A stretch of 64,000 nucleotides of DNA, from NCBI RefSeq assembly GCF_964355755.1, contig NC_092679.1, positions 19,699,432-19,763,431 on the forward strand, given 5' to 3'. The stretch is from Antedon mediterranea (lineage: Eukaryota; Animalia; Echinodermata). The notes below the pieces were generated by a model that did not search any database, was not told the origin of the DNA, and worked only from the letters and a program-made list of their open reading frames with translations. Positions 24,562 to 37,176 of this stretch are shown piece after piece. Positions within the stretch are counted from its first letter, which is position 1. Each line of letters opens with the position of its first letter. Both the position numbers and the translations under genes were made by a program.

Positions 24562-26381
24562 CAAGTTCAAGTTCAAGTTCAAATTTATTGTCAAATACAC
24601 AGTAAATGAAATTTGCCTTCCAAGGTTCAAATTACAATAAAAATAACAACAGTTAAAAACATACAATACTATACAATGGATAAGATAATATATAAGAAAA
24701 TATGCTATGTATAAAACATTATGAACAATATAAATATTAAAATACTATATAAAGAATAAAATATAAAACGTCTCAAGTTATCTTTTAAATTGCTTGTTGT
24801 ATTGCTTGATTGCACACGGAAGAAATGATTTATTATGACGCTCAGTCTTCTTAATTGAAGGAATCATCCTTCCGGATCTACTGAAATTTATAAAGTTAAA
24901 AAGAGGATGAGACTGGTCGTTAATTATACATTTTAGTTTTTTCTCCATAACCTTATCGCATATATCATGGATAGATGGGACGTTTGCACCTATTACCTTC
25001 TTAGCCATTTTGATTATTCTCTGTAATTTATTTGAGTTATTCTTAGATAAACTATTTAGCCATACAATACAGCAAAATGTTAATATGGACTGTATCATAG
25101 CCTGATGGAATAGAGACAGCGCATCTCTGCCAATCTTAAAGTTTCTTAATTTCCTTAAGAAGTACAATCTTTGGTTTGCCTTCGCATAGACTTTGGCAGT
25201 GTTGGCGTTCCATGAAAGTTTTTCATCTATCCATACTCCTAAATATTTATGTTCACTAGTTGTGCGGACATCATTATCTTTGATATTTAAAGGTATAAGT
25301 TGCCTCTTAATTTTACGAAAGTCAAACACAATTTCCTTTGTTTTATTTACATTAATACTTAGACAGTTCATATCACACCAGTTAATTATATTATTAACTT
25401 CAGTTCTATACGTGCTCTCATCATTGTTTACAATTAAGCCTGTGATACAGGTGTCATCAGCAAATTTAACTATTTGACATGATTCACTTCTAAGGTCGCT
25501 TGTATATAATGTGAACAACAATGGAGATAACACGCATCCCTGTGGGGCACCGGTGTTTGAAACAATGATATCAGACAAAACATTATCAATTCTAACACGC
25601 TGGGTTCTGTTTTTCAAGAAATCTCTGATCCATAGACAAACAAAAGGATTAACATTCATACTAACTAATTTATCAAGAAGTATGTTTGGTTTCATTGAAT
25701 TGAAAGCCGAAGAAAAATCTAAAAATAACGTCCTTACATATTGCCTAGGTTTATCCAAAGTTTCATAGATTGGATGCAAGAGGGTAGTTATTGCATCGTC
25801 GACACCTCTATTACTACAGTATGCAAACTGATTATTATCAACAAAAGGCAACGTTTCTTTAATCAATACATCTTTAAATAGCCTCTCAAAGCACTTTGTA
25901 ATAATTTGGGTTAGAGCAACAGGACGATAATCATTTAATATTTTCGGCTTAGGTACTTTATTTATTGGGGCTATTATTGAATACTTCCACATGCATGGGA
26001 CACAAGAAGAGCTTAACGACCAGTTAAATAATCTACAAAAGATAGGCGCAAGTTGTTTATAGCATGACTTTAAAATATTGCCAGTTAGTTTATCTGACCC
26101 AGCTGCTTTATTTGGCTTAACACCCTTAAATACTTTCTCAACTGAAAGCAGATCAAATTCAGGTACATCAGATTTGGTTGTATTTAACTCTAGGTTCAGT
26201 TTAACATCATTATCATTAGTATTATTAATTTGGTCATCATTATCAAATCTGTTAAAAAATATATTCAGTTTATTTGCAAAGTCCAATGGGCGGGATCCGG
26301 ATGGAACTATTGTTGTGTTCTGCCTTTTCGCGTTTCCAATAACTTTCTTTAATCCATTCCATGCTTGCTTGGGGTTACCGC
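24562..26381 (-). mobile_element. 5'-truncated non-LTR retrotransposon (Rex1/Babar-type LINE)
   Basis: RT ORF, AT-rich 3' UTR, AATAAA and (TTGAAC)n tail at the 24562 end. tact is repeated on both sides. The empty site tttcttactgtgagtgttgg is present in sister repeat copies. Confidence 0.85.
24778..26286 (-). CDS. Reverse transcriptase (ORF2 C-terminal part) of the LINE; frame stays open to the truncation point at ~26381
   Basis: Motifs YRPVALT, DFSSAFN, GAPQGCVLSPLLFTLYT, KFADD, YLG and QRLYFLRKL are typical of Rex1/Babar RTs. No endonuclease domain. The start is not a true ATG. Confidence 0.9.
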   Translation of the reverse strand: MDFANKLNIFFNRFDNDDQINNTNDNDVKLNLELNTTKSDVPEFDLLSVEKVFKGVKPNKAAGSDKLTGNILKSCYKQLAPIFCRLFNWSLSSSCVPCMWKYSIIAPINKVPKPKILNDYRPVALTQIITKCFERLFKDVLIKETLPFVDNNQFAYCSNRGVDDAITTLLHPIYETLDKPRQYVRTLFLDFSSAFNSMKPNILLDKLVSMNVNPFVCLWIRDFLKNRTQRVRIDNVLSDIIVSNTGAPQGCVLSPLLFTLYTSDLRSESCQIVKFADDTCITGLIVNNDESTYRTEVNNIINWCDMNCLSINVNKTKEIVFDFRKIKRQLIPLNIKDNDVRTTSEHKYLGVWIDEKLSWNANTAKVYAKANQRLYFLRKLRNFKIGRDALSLFHQAMIQSILTFCCIVWLNSLSKNNSNKLQRIIKMAKKVIGANVPSIHDICDKVMEKKLKCIINDQSHPLFNFINFSRSGRMIPSIKKTERHNKSFLPCAIKQYNKQFKR

Positions 26382-27337
26382 TACTGTGAGTGTTGGTACT
26401 GTTAGATGTAATATAAAAATATATACAAATAAACTTTATTACTGTGAGTGTGGGTAGGCCCTACTGTTAGATTATAAACATATAATATACAAATAAACAT
26501 TCCAAATTATTTGGTTTAACCATAGAGGTATAGATTTAGATTTATGGGCCCCCTTGGAGAATAAACATAAATAGTATTGCAATGCTGTACAATACTGTTA
26601 AGGTATTAACCACTTTTGATCGCAATTTGAATTGCAAATTTCTTACTGTGAGTGTTGGTACTGTTAGATGTAATATAAAAATATATACAAATAAACTTTA
26701 TTACTGTGAGTGTGGGTAGGCCCTACTGTTAGATTATAAACATATAATATACAAATAAATAAACGTTATTACTGACAGTTGCTTCTCAACGTTTGTATTA
26801 ATTAATAATTTAAAAATATATAAACGTCGTAGTGGTGTATCGTTACATGTACTTTACTATTTCAATCGACTATGACAGTGAGAGTTTTAACAAAGTACCG
26901 TATTAAATCGTAAATGTTTTACTGTATTTAGTGGTATATTATTTATAGGCCTATAAAACATTAAAAACAATATTTCGTTACTGAGTGGATAAGAATATAT
27001 TTTAAAATGTTTCCTCTTTGTACCTATCTTCTTCCCCCATCCCTCAACCCTTAATGTTACATACAAAACACAAATTGGGTTTGTTTAAATGAGTCCAAAT
27101 AAAAAAATTTGACTCATTTTGTTTCTCTCTCGGAAGTAATTCCCAGGGTGCTAATTTTGGTTGACTACATAAATCATTGTGTATATTTATTCGTTTCTGT
27201 AAACGACAATGTATTATAGTCCTGCGGTACGTACATTTGAAATCTCCATTTTTTTCTCGCTGGAAATACTGTGTATTCGAGAACCATCTGTGGGCACGAC
27301 CTAGATGGTACGCGAGCGAAGCGAGCGTGCCATCTAG

Positions 27338-28884
27338 TCTATATATAAATTTACGTAAGGGCAAAATTCGGTAAATCGCGCCTTACTTTTAGAATTTTTA
27401 CTCGATGGTATGTAAAGTTGGTTCGTACTTTCAGTACTGATTTTAACCACCTGATGTAACCCTGTTTACTAATTAAATTAAGTTAGATAATTAGTTATTG
27501 ACGATTAAAACGAATTTAGGTTCAAAGATTTGCCCCAAATAGGGGTGTTTTCCGATCGTGGTATACACTGTCTAATGGATGTCCATCTTGAAAAATACCC
27601 GCCACAAAAATGCGAGAAGGCTTCGCATTTTTCTATCTCCTCCTACGATAATTGTTTTTAATAGCTGAAAACCGGTTGAACAGTTCGAGTACAGCATCAT
27701 AATGTTGAAGACAGGCCGATTTTCTTTAAAAAATACTATTTTGATACATTTAATATACGTTTTTACAAATGTATTGATTTGTGATGAATGGAACATTCCA
27801 AATTATTTGATTTAACCATACAGGTATAGATTTAGATTTATGGGCCTCCTTGGAGAATAAACATAAATAGTATTGCAATGCTGTACAATACTGTTAAGGT
27901 ATTAACCACTTTTGATCGCAATTTGAATCGCAAATGTCTTACTGTGAGTGTTGGTACTGTTAGATGTAATATAAAAATATAAACAAATAAACTTTATTAC
28001 TGTGAGTGTAGGTAGGCCCTACTGTTAGATTATAAACATATAATATACAAATAAACATTCCAAATTATTTGGTTTAACCATAGAGGTATAGATTTAGATT
28101 TATGGGCCCCCTTGGAGAATAAACATAAATAGTATTGCAATGCTGTACAATACTGTTAAGGTATTAACCACTTTTGATCGCAATTTGAATCGCAAATTTC
28201 TTACTGTGAGTGTTGGTACTGTTAGATGTAATATAAAATATATACAAATAAACTTTATTACTGTGAGTGTGGGTAGGCCCTACTGTTAGATTATAAACAT
28301 ATAATATACAAATAAATAAACGTTATTACTGACAGTTGCTTCTCAACGTTTGTATTAATTAATAATTTAAAAATATATAAACGTCGTAGTGGTGTATCGT
28401 TACATGTACTTTACTATTTCAATCGACTATGACAGTGAGAGTTTTAACAAAGTACCGTATTAAATCATAAATGTTTTACTGTATTTAGTGGTATATTATT
28501 TATAGGCCTATAAAACATTAAAAACAATATTTCGTTACTGAGTGGATAAGAATATATTTTAAAATGTTTCCTCTTTGTACCTATCTTCTTTCCCCATCCC
28601 TCAACCCATAATGTTACATACAAAACACAAATTGGGTTTGTTTAAATGAGTCCAAATAAAAAAATGTGTTTCTCTCTCGGAAGTAATTCCCAGGGTGCTA
28701 ATTTTGGTTGACTACATAAATCATTGTGTATATTTATTCGTTTCTGTAAACGACAATGTATTATAGTCCTGCGGTACGTACATTTGAAATCTCCATTTTT
28801 TTCTCGCTGGAAATACTGTGTATTCGAGAACCATCTGTGGGCACGACCTAGATGGTACGCGAGCGAAGCGAGCGTGCCATCTAG
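27338..28884 (+). mobile_element. Non-autonomous Helitron, unit 2 of tandem dimer (1547 bp)
   Basis: TC start directly after the CTAG of unit 1. Same 3' hairpin, ends CTAG|T. Internal ~260-bp tandem duplication (~27792-28315). Confidence 0.85.
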
Positions 28885-30794
28885 TATAAAACAATTTAAA
28901 GTTATAAACCATACGCCCACCATATACTGCATACACTTCTGCATAAATAGCTATAAAGCAAAACAGACAGTTTATTATTTATCCTTTTGCACAACATCAG
29001 ATTTGTGTCATTTTTCTTCCTGATGAAAATTAAGTTTGTTGAAAAGAATTCAAATACATCCTTTTCTAATATTATACTTGCTGATAGATTTTACTTTTAT
29101 TTTTTGTCTTGTGTGTAAAGATTTTACTTTTAAGCAGAGACGTACATTACAAAGTTGGCTATGCCAAAACAAGACAGTAAACCGGCACGGTTTAATTGAT
29201 AAATTGATATAAAAGATATTAATAAGTGATTTAGAAAATTTAATATCCTATATCCCCTAGGTGTATTAGAGGTAAAGTTGATGCCACTTTAGTATCAAGG
29301 TTGGAATTCTTACCTCTGCTGACTGAAAAGAAAATAAATTAATTTTTATAGCACTACAAACCTTTCCAATTTAGGGGATAACCTATTAAGGAGACACTTT
29401 TTCATTATGAATGAAGTTTAGAGGTAATATTAATACTTTTTTTGCCATGAGAAAATCATATTATGGTGACAACAATTTGATTTGAATCCAGAACCCTGCA
29501 TTTGGCAAGCAATCATGAAAACCACGATGCTACATTGCCATAGGCCTACATGACCATACTGACAACATTTGTTTGTGAAGAGTTCATTGATTTGCACCAA
29601 TCAGTGCTGAACTATAACCTATGTTTTTCTTCTTAATATTGAAAATTTCTAAATTTAGGGAGGTCCTGTGCACGCCCGGGTGTATGTTATTGTTATGGTT
29701 CAGTGATTTTGTTTGATTTTTTGATAATGGAATAGCCCATGGGGGATGGGAACCCTGCTGGACACCCAAGCCTAGATAGCTGTATCCAAGGAGACATCTC
29801 TTTCTTTTTGGCTTGGGTGACTGGCAGGGAGGAGTGTTCTCCTTAAATAATAAATAATAAATGCTATAGAATTTGTAATTAATTAATTAAACTGCCATAA
29901 ACTGAGCCTGTTTTGCTTGCCTGTTTTGCTTGCCTGTTTATATTCCAATAAATGTTTGTTGTGAGATCAAATCAAGACGATTTACCTGGTATCATTATTT
30001 CACATGTCGACCGCTACCCCACACAAGTTAGGGAGGCCGGAGCCTTTTACATTATCCTATGAACTGAAGCTCAAAATGAATAAATGGTATATTATTATTA
30101 TATTATTATGTCACACCCGGAAATTGGGTGTATTTTATATATAACTCAAAGCTCAAAATGCGTAAATGGTCTATTATCATTATATCACTGTAGAAATCGT
30201 AGGTGTCATTACATGACCCACTTTTATTTAAATTTTCAACCAGCATGATGATATCATCAGAATAATATAAATGGTAACATTTGTCAAAGACAATAGCATA
30301 ATAAAATTTTGTAGGAAATTAAGCAGTGATAAGGAAGATGCGCTCTAATGAACATGACAAACTTCCAATTCAATATTTCATTTTTCTCAAGGCCCATACA
30401 CAATAATGTTCAACCAATTCTGGTAATTCCACATACATATTTTTTTATATAACCAAAAATAGATTGAATAACGAAATTAGGAAGGAACAGCCACAACATT
30501 CATCATTCATTCATTTGGCACCATTTTATGTGACTGAATTAGTATCGTGTCCTGACTTGATTCTATTTGATGTTTCATTTTAGCAATGACAACATAACTG
30601 CCAATAATCATTAGTAAAAACAACATTTGAATTACTTTAATTATGCTTATTAAAATTCAAAGAACTATATTTCAATTCAATTTTATTTGGTTAAACACAA
30701 TGGCCTGAAATAACATAATAATGGTAACAAGTAATGCAACACCAACTTGTTAGAGTTTTTTTTTAAAATCTGGATTGCATTTCTCATTACTAAA

Positions 30795-30896
30795 AGCTCT
30801 GTCTACACGATAAAAAAAGTGTGATGTGCCAAAATATGATAGTGATATGACAACATCATGTCTATATATGGGAAGTTGGAAAATGTGGACAGAGCT
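30795..30896. mobile_element. MITE family A, internally deleted copy
   Basis: agctctgtctacac ... gtggacagagct with tgtgatgtgccaaaatatgatagtgatatgac inside. Confidence 0.7.
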
Positions 30897-33189
30897 TTAG
30901 ATCTATGTGATGGAAAATGTTGCAGTAAAAACACCATTGAGTTGTTTGTCTTATTATTATTATCAGTCTCAACACGTCTTCTAGCTCTATGTGGTAGAAA
31001 AACGTTGCAGTAAGCGAGTTTCCGCTGTCATTTATAAATGATGAGTCAGGCTCAACAGCAGGACTCTAGGAGGTTGCATGAGTACAGTTGTTTGTTGTAT
31101 CTAATGACCAGGAGACCTAAAGTGTGTAAAGCCAATTAGGATGCTGTACTTTAGCAGTTATACAACAGCACATAAAACTTTTGAACTAAAGATGTTTGGA
31201 TTATTTTATTTACTGTAGATATGAGTTATATAATTCATAGGTGGGTCCTATTGGGGCTCAGCAAGCCTGCGACTCTTGTCCCTGCCGAAACTTTTGATGA
31301 TTACTGGACCTTGAATTAGCCCATTTAATTTCTGGTTAGTATTGAGAACTTTTCACACAGACATAGTACAAAACTCTCTCAACACTAGTCTTTATGAAAC
31401 CCAGAAACTATTTAAAAACCAGAATTTTCTTAAGCTCCAAATTCTTTTTTATCCTTAAAATAAAATCACTTTTACAATACCAGAATTCTAAACCATCAAA
31501 ATTATGGCCTGGAAATGATCAGGGATGTATAAATTATACCTCCATGAATTCACTGTGAATCACGGCCAGATGAAAAGTGTAACTCGAGAATACATGTACA
31601 TTTTTTAAACCACCATGGTCAAGTAATGTCTTCATATGGAAAAAACAAAGTAGTAGCAAAAAACTAACACAATCAACAATGTAACAACAAATTATGGGAC
31701 ACGTATCCAACAGTTCCAACACGGTGACTACCAATTTCTGTCAAACCGAAGGAATAATGTAAAACCAAGAAGATTCATTGGCTAACTAATCAAATATCCA
31801 CATGTGCACCTGATAATGCAAATTAAAACTTGTGGTCCTTACTTACCGGTCAAGACGAATTTTTCTCAAGTCTTATCGCTATGGTTACACGGCAAGAGGT
31901 TATTATTGAATTGTGTTTGTAACAAAAATACCGGAAGATCAGGTAAAATTGGTTTTGGTCTAATATTGACTTATAATTGAACACTTATAAGTAAGTTATT
32001 TGAAAATCAGACAGGGTAAAGATTTAAAAGGATAGAAAGGAATTAAGGATCTAAAAAATGTCTGGTTTTAGGAATGTTTTCGATATAATATTAATATGAA
32101 ACTTTATACTTTATATATCTACCGCATTTTAAAACTTAAGTTTTGTGCAATATTATGTGTATACTCTGTATATGAATTTTTGTTTTATATTTCATATTTA
32201 TCTGTTTTTTTATCATACTAATATTTGCCAATCTTTAAGATGATGAATGTCTATGGTTAGTTTATTATGAAAAGGGACAAATAAAGTATTCAGTATATTC
32301 TTAATCTTAGCATTCTATTTCGAAAAAAAAAGGGGTACCTGCACTTTGTATTAAATCGATTAAAAGATTTTTTTTAATTTTTAACATTACTGTTTAGGTG
32401 AATGACTTTTTTTTTCCTGACAACTTAAGTTTATTATTTCTAATTTTCTCAAAATTGGTTGGAATTTTTGAAAGATAGACATCTAAAAAACGTCAATCCA
32501 ACTACGACTCAATTAAACTACGATATGATATGGTCACATTCAATTGACTGACACTGACACCTAGGTTGTATCACGATTGCGGAGGTAGCCCAAAGCATGA
32601 TGGGAAATTCAATTGACTGACAGCAACACCTGTCACTAGGGTTGCATTACAGAGACGATAGCCCAGAGCATGATGGGATATGTTGATGTTTTACTTTAGT
32701 ATCTTATTATGAGTGGCTTGAGACTGGAATTCTATACGTACAGCTAGTTAAACAATGCCTGATATACCTTAGGCTGTTAAAACCATCAAAATCACTTTCA
32801 AATGATGGAAATTCAGTACAAAAAATTAAAGATAGATCGTTTGATAAGAATGTCAATCATCATAAATATATAAAAAAGATAAATTTTAGCCATGAATCTA
32901 GTATGGGTCTAGAATGCAGAACAAAATAAAATTAACAATAAAAAGATATTTAAATTGTGGGAAAATTAAACCAAAGGATCTGGTAAAAAACGAACATTTT
33001 CACTGAACTGGAGAAAGCATAAGATAGGCCCCACTGTGATCTTCAATTTGATAGCAAACACCAATATGTCAATCTTTTAATGCTCTAAGCCTGTGGGCAC
33101 TTTACAATGTTACCATAGTCATTGGAGTAAACATGTGTGGACACCCCCATAATGTTACAGCTAGTAATCAGCACTACAGTTGTGTTTGG

Positions 33190-33332
33190 TCATACCAGGT
33201 ACCCATTTGTACACCTGGGTAGAGAGAGACAAACTTAAATAAGTGTAAGTGTAAGTAAAGTTTCTTTCCTAAAGAACACAAGCATTGGATATTATGATTC
33301 TGTGTTCAACGCCTAACACACTGAGCCACATG
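33190..33332 (-). mobile_element. Degenerate tRNA-derived SINE with CORE-like central domain
   Basis: Minus strand gtggctcagtgtgttagg (A-box-like) ... gtgttctttaggaaagaaacttta ... ctctctctacccaggtgtacaaatgggtacc, resembling the conserved SINE core pattern. Confidence 0.45.
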
Positions 33333-36033
33333 CCGTTACTTTACCATTTGATAAGTATAAAACAACCATCAAGGCAATGAAACATTTGAGAGTAACAATC
33401 CAGTCAGAAATTCACTTTCCTAAAAATCTCTTTCCCATGTTTAAATTAGCCTATTAACATCTAAATCATCACCGCAAAACATGCAGACACTTGCGTCATA
33501 CAACAACCTGAACGAGAAAACTCTATTTTAAACATATCCATAGCATATGACATCTTCAATAAAACACAGGAAAATAGGTAAAATTTATGTATTTTATTTT
33601 TGACAAGGGCTTCATAATTCAAGTCATTTTTAATTTAATCTTTCCCTTCATTTTCCTCAAGTCACTAAACTTTCAAGTTATATTGACATCAGGACATTCA
33701 ATCTCCATTAGTTAGACTTCCTCTCCCAAGATTTAAATCCATATATGGATAATTGCAGTGAGCGTCCCATTATTATCAGAAAAAAATGAAATAATTTAAT
33801 TCTTACAGTAATTATTGTGGTAGAACTTTAATAATCTTAAAAGGAATTTGATTTGATTTTACTTTTTCTTTGTACTGTTTTGAAAAGTGAGAAGTACTAT
33901 GAAATATCTGTGCGATAGGTATCGGAGGATATTGACCTTCAAGGTACTGGAGTTTATCGGAGTTCATCGGACAAACATGCTTTTAGCAACAGGTTCAATA
34001 TCATTTGCCAATTAAGGACAACTTTGAAACTATGGTTTAGCAAGGGTAAAGTAGTACTAGAATTTAATAGTAGGGATGGTAGTAGGCCTACAGTTCTTTC
34101 TTTGCCCCAGACGTAAGCTAGAACAACTTCTCACCACCTAAGCTACGGTTCAGCAGGGGTAGCTGGTACCAGACGTGTGCCAGAACAACTCACCACTAAA
34201 CTATATGGTTTAGCAGGGGAGTAAGGATGTCTCGTGAATATGGGTTGGGTCCGTCTGTTCAACATATCATTACCCTTCGTTTGTTTCCCAAGTGTAGCCT
34301 GAATAGGGATGTCCATGGAGCCAGGCTTCTTAGCTGTATTTGCTAAGGCACGAAACTGGACAATTAGACAATATTTATTTATTTGTTGACCATGCACCTT
34401 TGAATCGGTAACACTCACAATATACAGTGCAGTCCAAAAACACAGAACAGAACATATTGAGAAGAAAGACAATAACTCAAATAAAAGCTATTACAAGCAA
34501 CAATACAATACTATAAATCCAATCATTGGGAGTAACTTTAAGGAGGACCATTTCTCCCATGCAGAACAATATTTAAAAATATTTCTTTCTAATCTGTTAT
34601 CTGTAACAGAAAATCTGTCAATCTTGACATTTTTTATTTGTATTATAAATATTAATGTCATAGCATATGGCGTGCTCATAAAATACAAAGGTTTATTATT
34701 GGTGCACGTGATAGTGCCAGTATTGACAACAACTGCCATTATAAATGCTTGTGGTAACACCTGTGTATTATAAGTTCATTACGAATAATTGAAATTAAAA
34801 CATGTGGTGTTACCGCAATCATTGATGCATAAAATGCATACTCTCAACAATGTATCCTTCCCCCAACAACTGCCTTACATAACTTTTATGTTAAATATTT
34901 TTGCATTAATATATCACCATTTGACATCAATCAATTATCTCTAAACATGACCTGTTCAATGAACCATACTTCCTGTCTCCGACACGGTCCCTGGATTAAG
35001 TATGTGGTTAAATAAGTTAGTCAGGTCAAAAAGATTATTTGATAAAGAATCCATTTCCTAAAATGACATGGATCTTTACCTAATACATATTCATAAACGT
35101 GAATTTAATATTTAAATCTATTGTTTTTTTAAGCAATTATTAATGGATTTATTAGCAGACGACCTTAATGTTGTAAGGTCAATGTTATGATAAATCCTGA
35201 TGCGCATAATGTCATTTGAAACATGAAACAAAATGAAGGGAAACTAGTAATTGCTGGACGTCAAGATGTCAGAGATGTAGAAACACATAACGGCGTCGAA
35301 GATCCTAAGTAAACTCTACAGTCGAATCACTTGGGATGAGAAGCAGTGATGAATGTAATAAGAGATGTGGAGATATCTCAGATCGGATCTACCGTAGGGT
35401 CAGACGGAAGTAATCAAATGAGTGTTAGAATGAAACGTCAATCAAGGAACGCTTTGATGTATCGTTGAATTGCGAAGTAGAATCGGTCAGAAAAGTTTGA
35501 TAATGTGACAGATTTTTAGTGAAAATTCGTTTTTGAAAATAACGGATACCCGATTTTCTCGTGGAACACAAATTGAACAAAATGTAACAAATTATCATAC
35601 CAAACTACAGTGCTTTTTCACACATTAGTTTTTCACGTTGGTAGAAATGTAAATTCCATGTAAAAAACTCATTAAAAAGATAAATTTGATAAAACAACAA
35701 AATTTGATGAATAAAAACGAAAGTTCATGAAAATTGGAATAATGCTGATCTTACCTTTTCTATTTAAAAGTCAAACTTGAATTAATAATTGCAGTATATA
35801 AAATAAAATTTAACAAAATAGGTTAAATATCAAATTTCTTGTTTTTCATAGACTCATTATGTCCTAAATATTTTTTGCAGTATCATTCTCGTACACATTT
35901 ACAAATGTTAACCCATCCACCCCTAACGCATATTACACGGAAACATCCTACGTCACATGAAAACCAGCTGTCTGCAATTAGCGACAAACTTACGAAAGGA
36001 AAATACAACCATCTGATACCTAAGTTTACTTAC

Positions 36034-36171
36034 TTTTTCCTTAAGGATTTCCCGCACATAGTGAGCTTGGGATTTGAATTTTTCCAGCTGATTTTCCAAG
36101 ATTAAGTAGCGCTGTTTCCATTCGTCTGCTTCAACCTCGTCATAAGCGCTATCACTTTCCATTTTGATCAT
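36034..36171 (-). CDS. PLEKHH1: PLEKHH1/2-like protein, first coding exon (exon 36034-36228 incl. 5' UTR), MIKMESDSAYDEVEADEWKQRYLILENQLEKFKSQAHYVREILKEK
   Basis: Acceptor tttatacag at 36229-36231, upstream in-frame TAA, ATGs at 36171 and 36162 (AAAATGG), donor AAA|gtaagt. Matches recalled PLEKHH2 [30 protein letters not shown]. Probably co-orthologous to PLEKHH1 and PLEKHH2. Confidence 0.85.
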
Positions 36172-36729
36172 AGAGGGCACACTCCACTTTTTTCCAGTGA
36201 TACTGTACTTTTACATTCAATATCTACACTGTATAAATAAATGTTGTTAAATGTTATTAATTAAATTGTATAGATTTATTTTTAATTACTGTAGATCAAG
36301 TAAAAACTGATGGTACACTCATAATACACTTTCAGGGGTACAATCTGTACCCCTTGGTGTGGAGTAATGTTGGCCAACCCCCAAACTTTACCCAATTGTT
36401 AAGTGTAAGGGATGTGGGCTTGACCAAGCCATTCTGTATGTTAGTATTACTAAGTTTTACCTCTACTACACTATACTTATATATCTACTATATAAATCTA
36501 AAGGAAAATTACTGAAAAAGACAATTCTGTTGAGTAAGTAGCTGGATTTCAATGGAGATACAAAATAAGCACCAAAAAAATTACAATGCTGTGGGTATTA
36601 ACTATTATTAAAATAAGCAAAAAGCTAAATTAAAACAGCCAGAAAAATGTTCAGATCTCTTTTTTTATATCTTTCTAAACTGTAAATATTTACTACATGC
36701 TGCAGCCTTGCATTAATTAATTTGTTCTA

Positions 36730-37176
36730 ATCATCGCAAATCAATACATTTGTATAAACGTATATTAAATCTATCAAAATAGTATTTTTTTAAGAAAATC
36801 GGCATGTCTTCAACATTTTGATACTGTACTCGAGCTGTTCAACCGGTTTTCAGCTATTAAAAACAATTATCGTAGAAGGAGATAGGAAAATGCGAAGCAT
36901 CTTCGTATTATTGTGTGCAGGTATTTTTTAAAGAAGACATCCATAGACAGTGTATACTATGGTCGGAAAACACCCCTATTGGGGCAAATCGTTCAACCTA
37001 AGTTCGTTTTAATTGTCAATAACTAATTATCTAACTCAATTTAATTAGTAAACAGGGTTACATCTGGTGGTTTAAATCAGTACCAAGATTCTAACCAACT
37101 GTATATACCATCGAGTAAACATTCTAGAAATAACGAGTGATTGACCGATTTTTGTCCTTACGTAAATTTATATAGA
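36730..37176 (-). mobile_element. Truncated, more diverged Helitron 5' part joined head-to-tail to the 37177-41284 copy
   Basis: Reverse complement of the first ~450 bp of the 27338 unit with many substitutions; CTAG|TC junction at 37177/37176. Confidence 0.75.

Larger units (their letters stand above)
23924..27337 (+). mobile_element. Non-autonomous Helitron, unit 1 of tandem dimer (interrupted by a LINE)
   Basis: Starts A|TCTATATATAAATTTACG. Ends with hairpin CTAGATGGTACGC-gagcgaagcga-GCGTGCCATCTAG. Near-identical to 27338-28884. Confidence 0.8.

Noticed and set aside
25193-26389. Plus-strand ORFs of 85-103 aa
   Set aside because: Antisense shadows of the RT frame.
24158-29023. Duplicated 65-106-aa ORFs (24158, 27044, 27177, 27572, 28642, 28724)
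   Set aside because: They are repeated only because the Helitron unit is repeated; no Rep/Helicase motifs.
35230-35510. Complex, CpG-containing segment that looks coding
   Set aside because: Stops in the frames I examined and no motif recognised; could be conserved non-coding DNA but this cannot be shown here.
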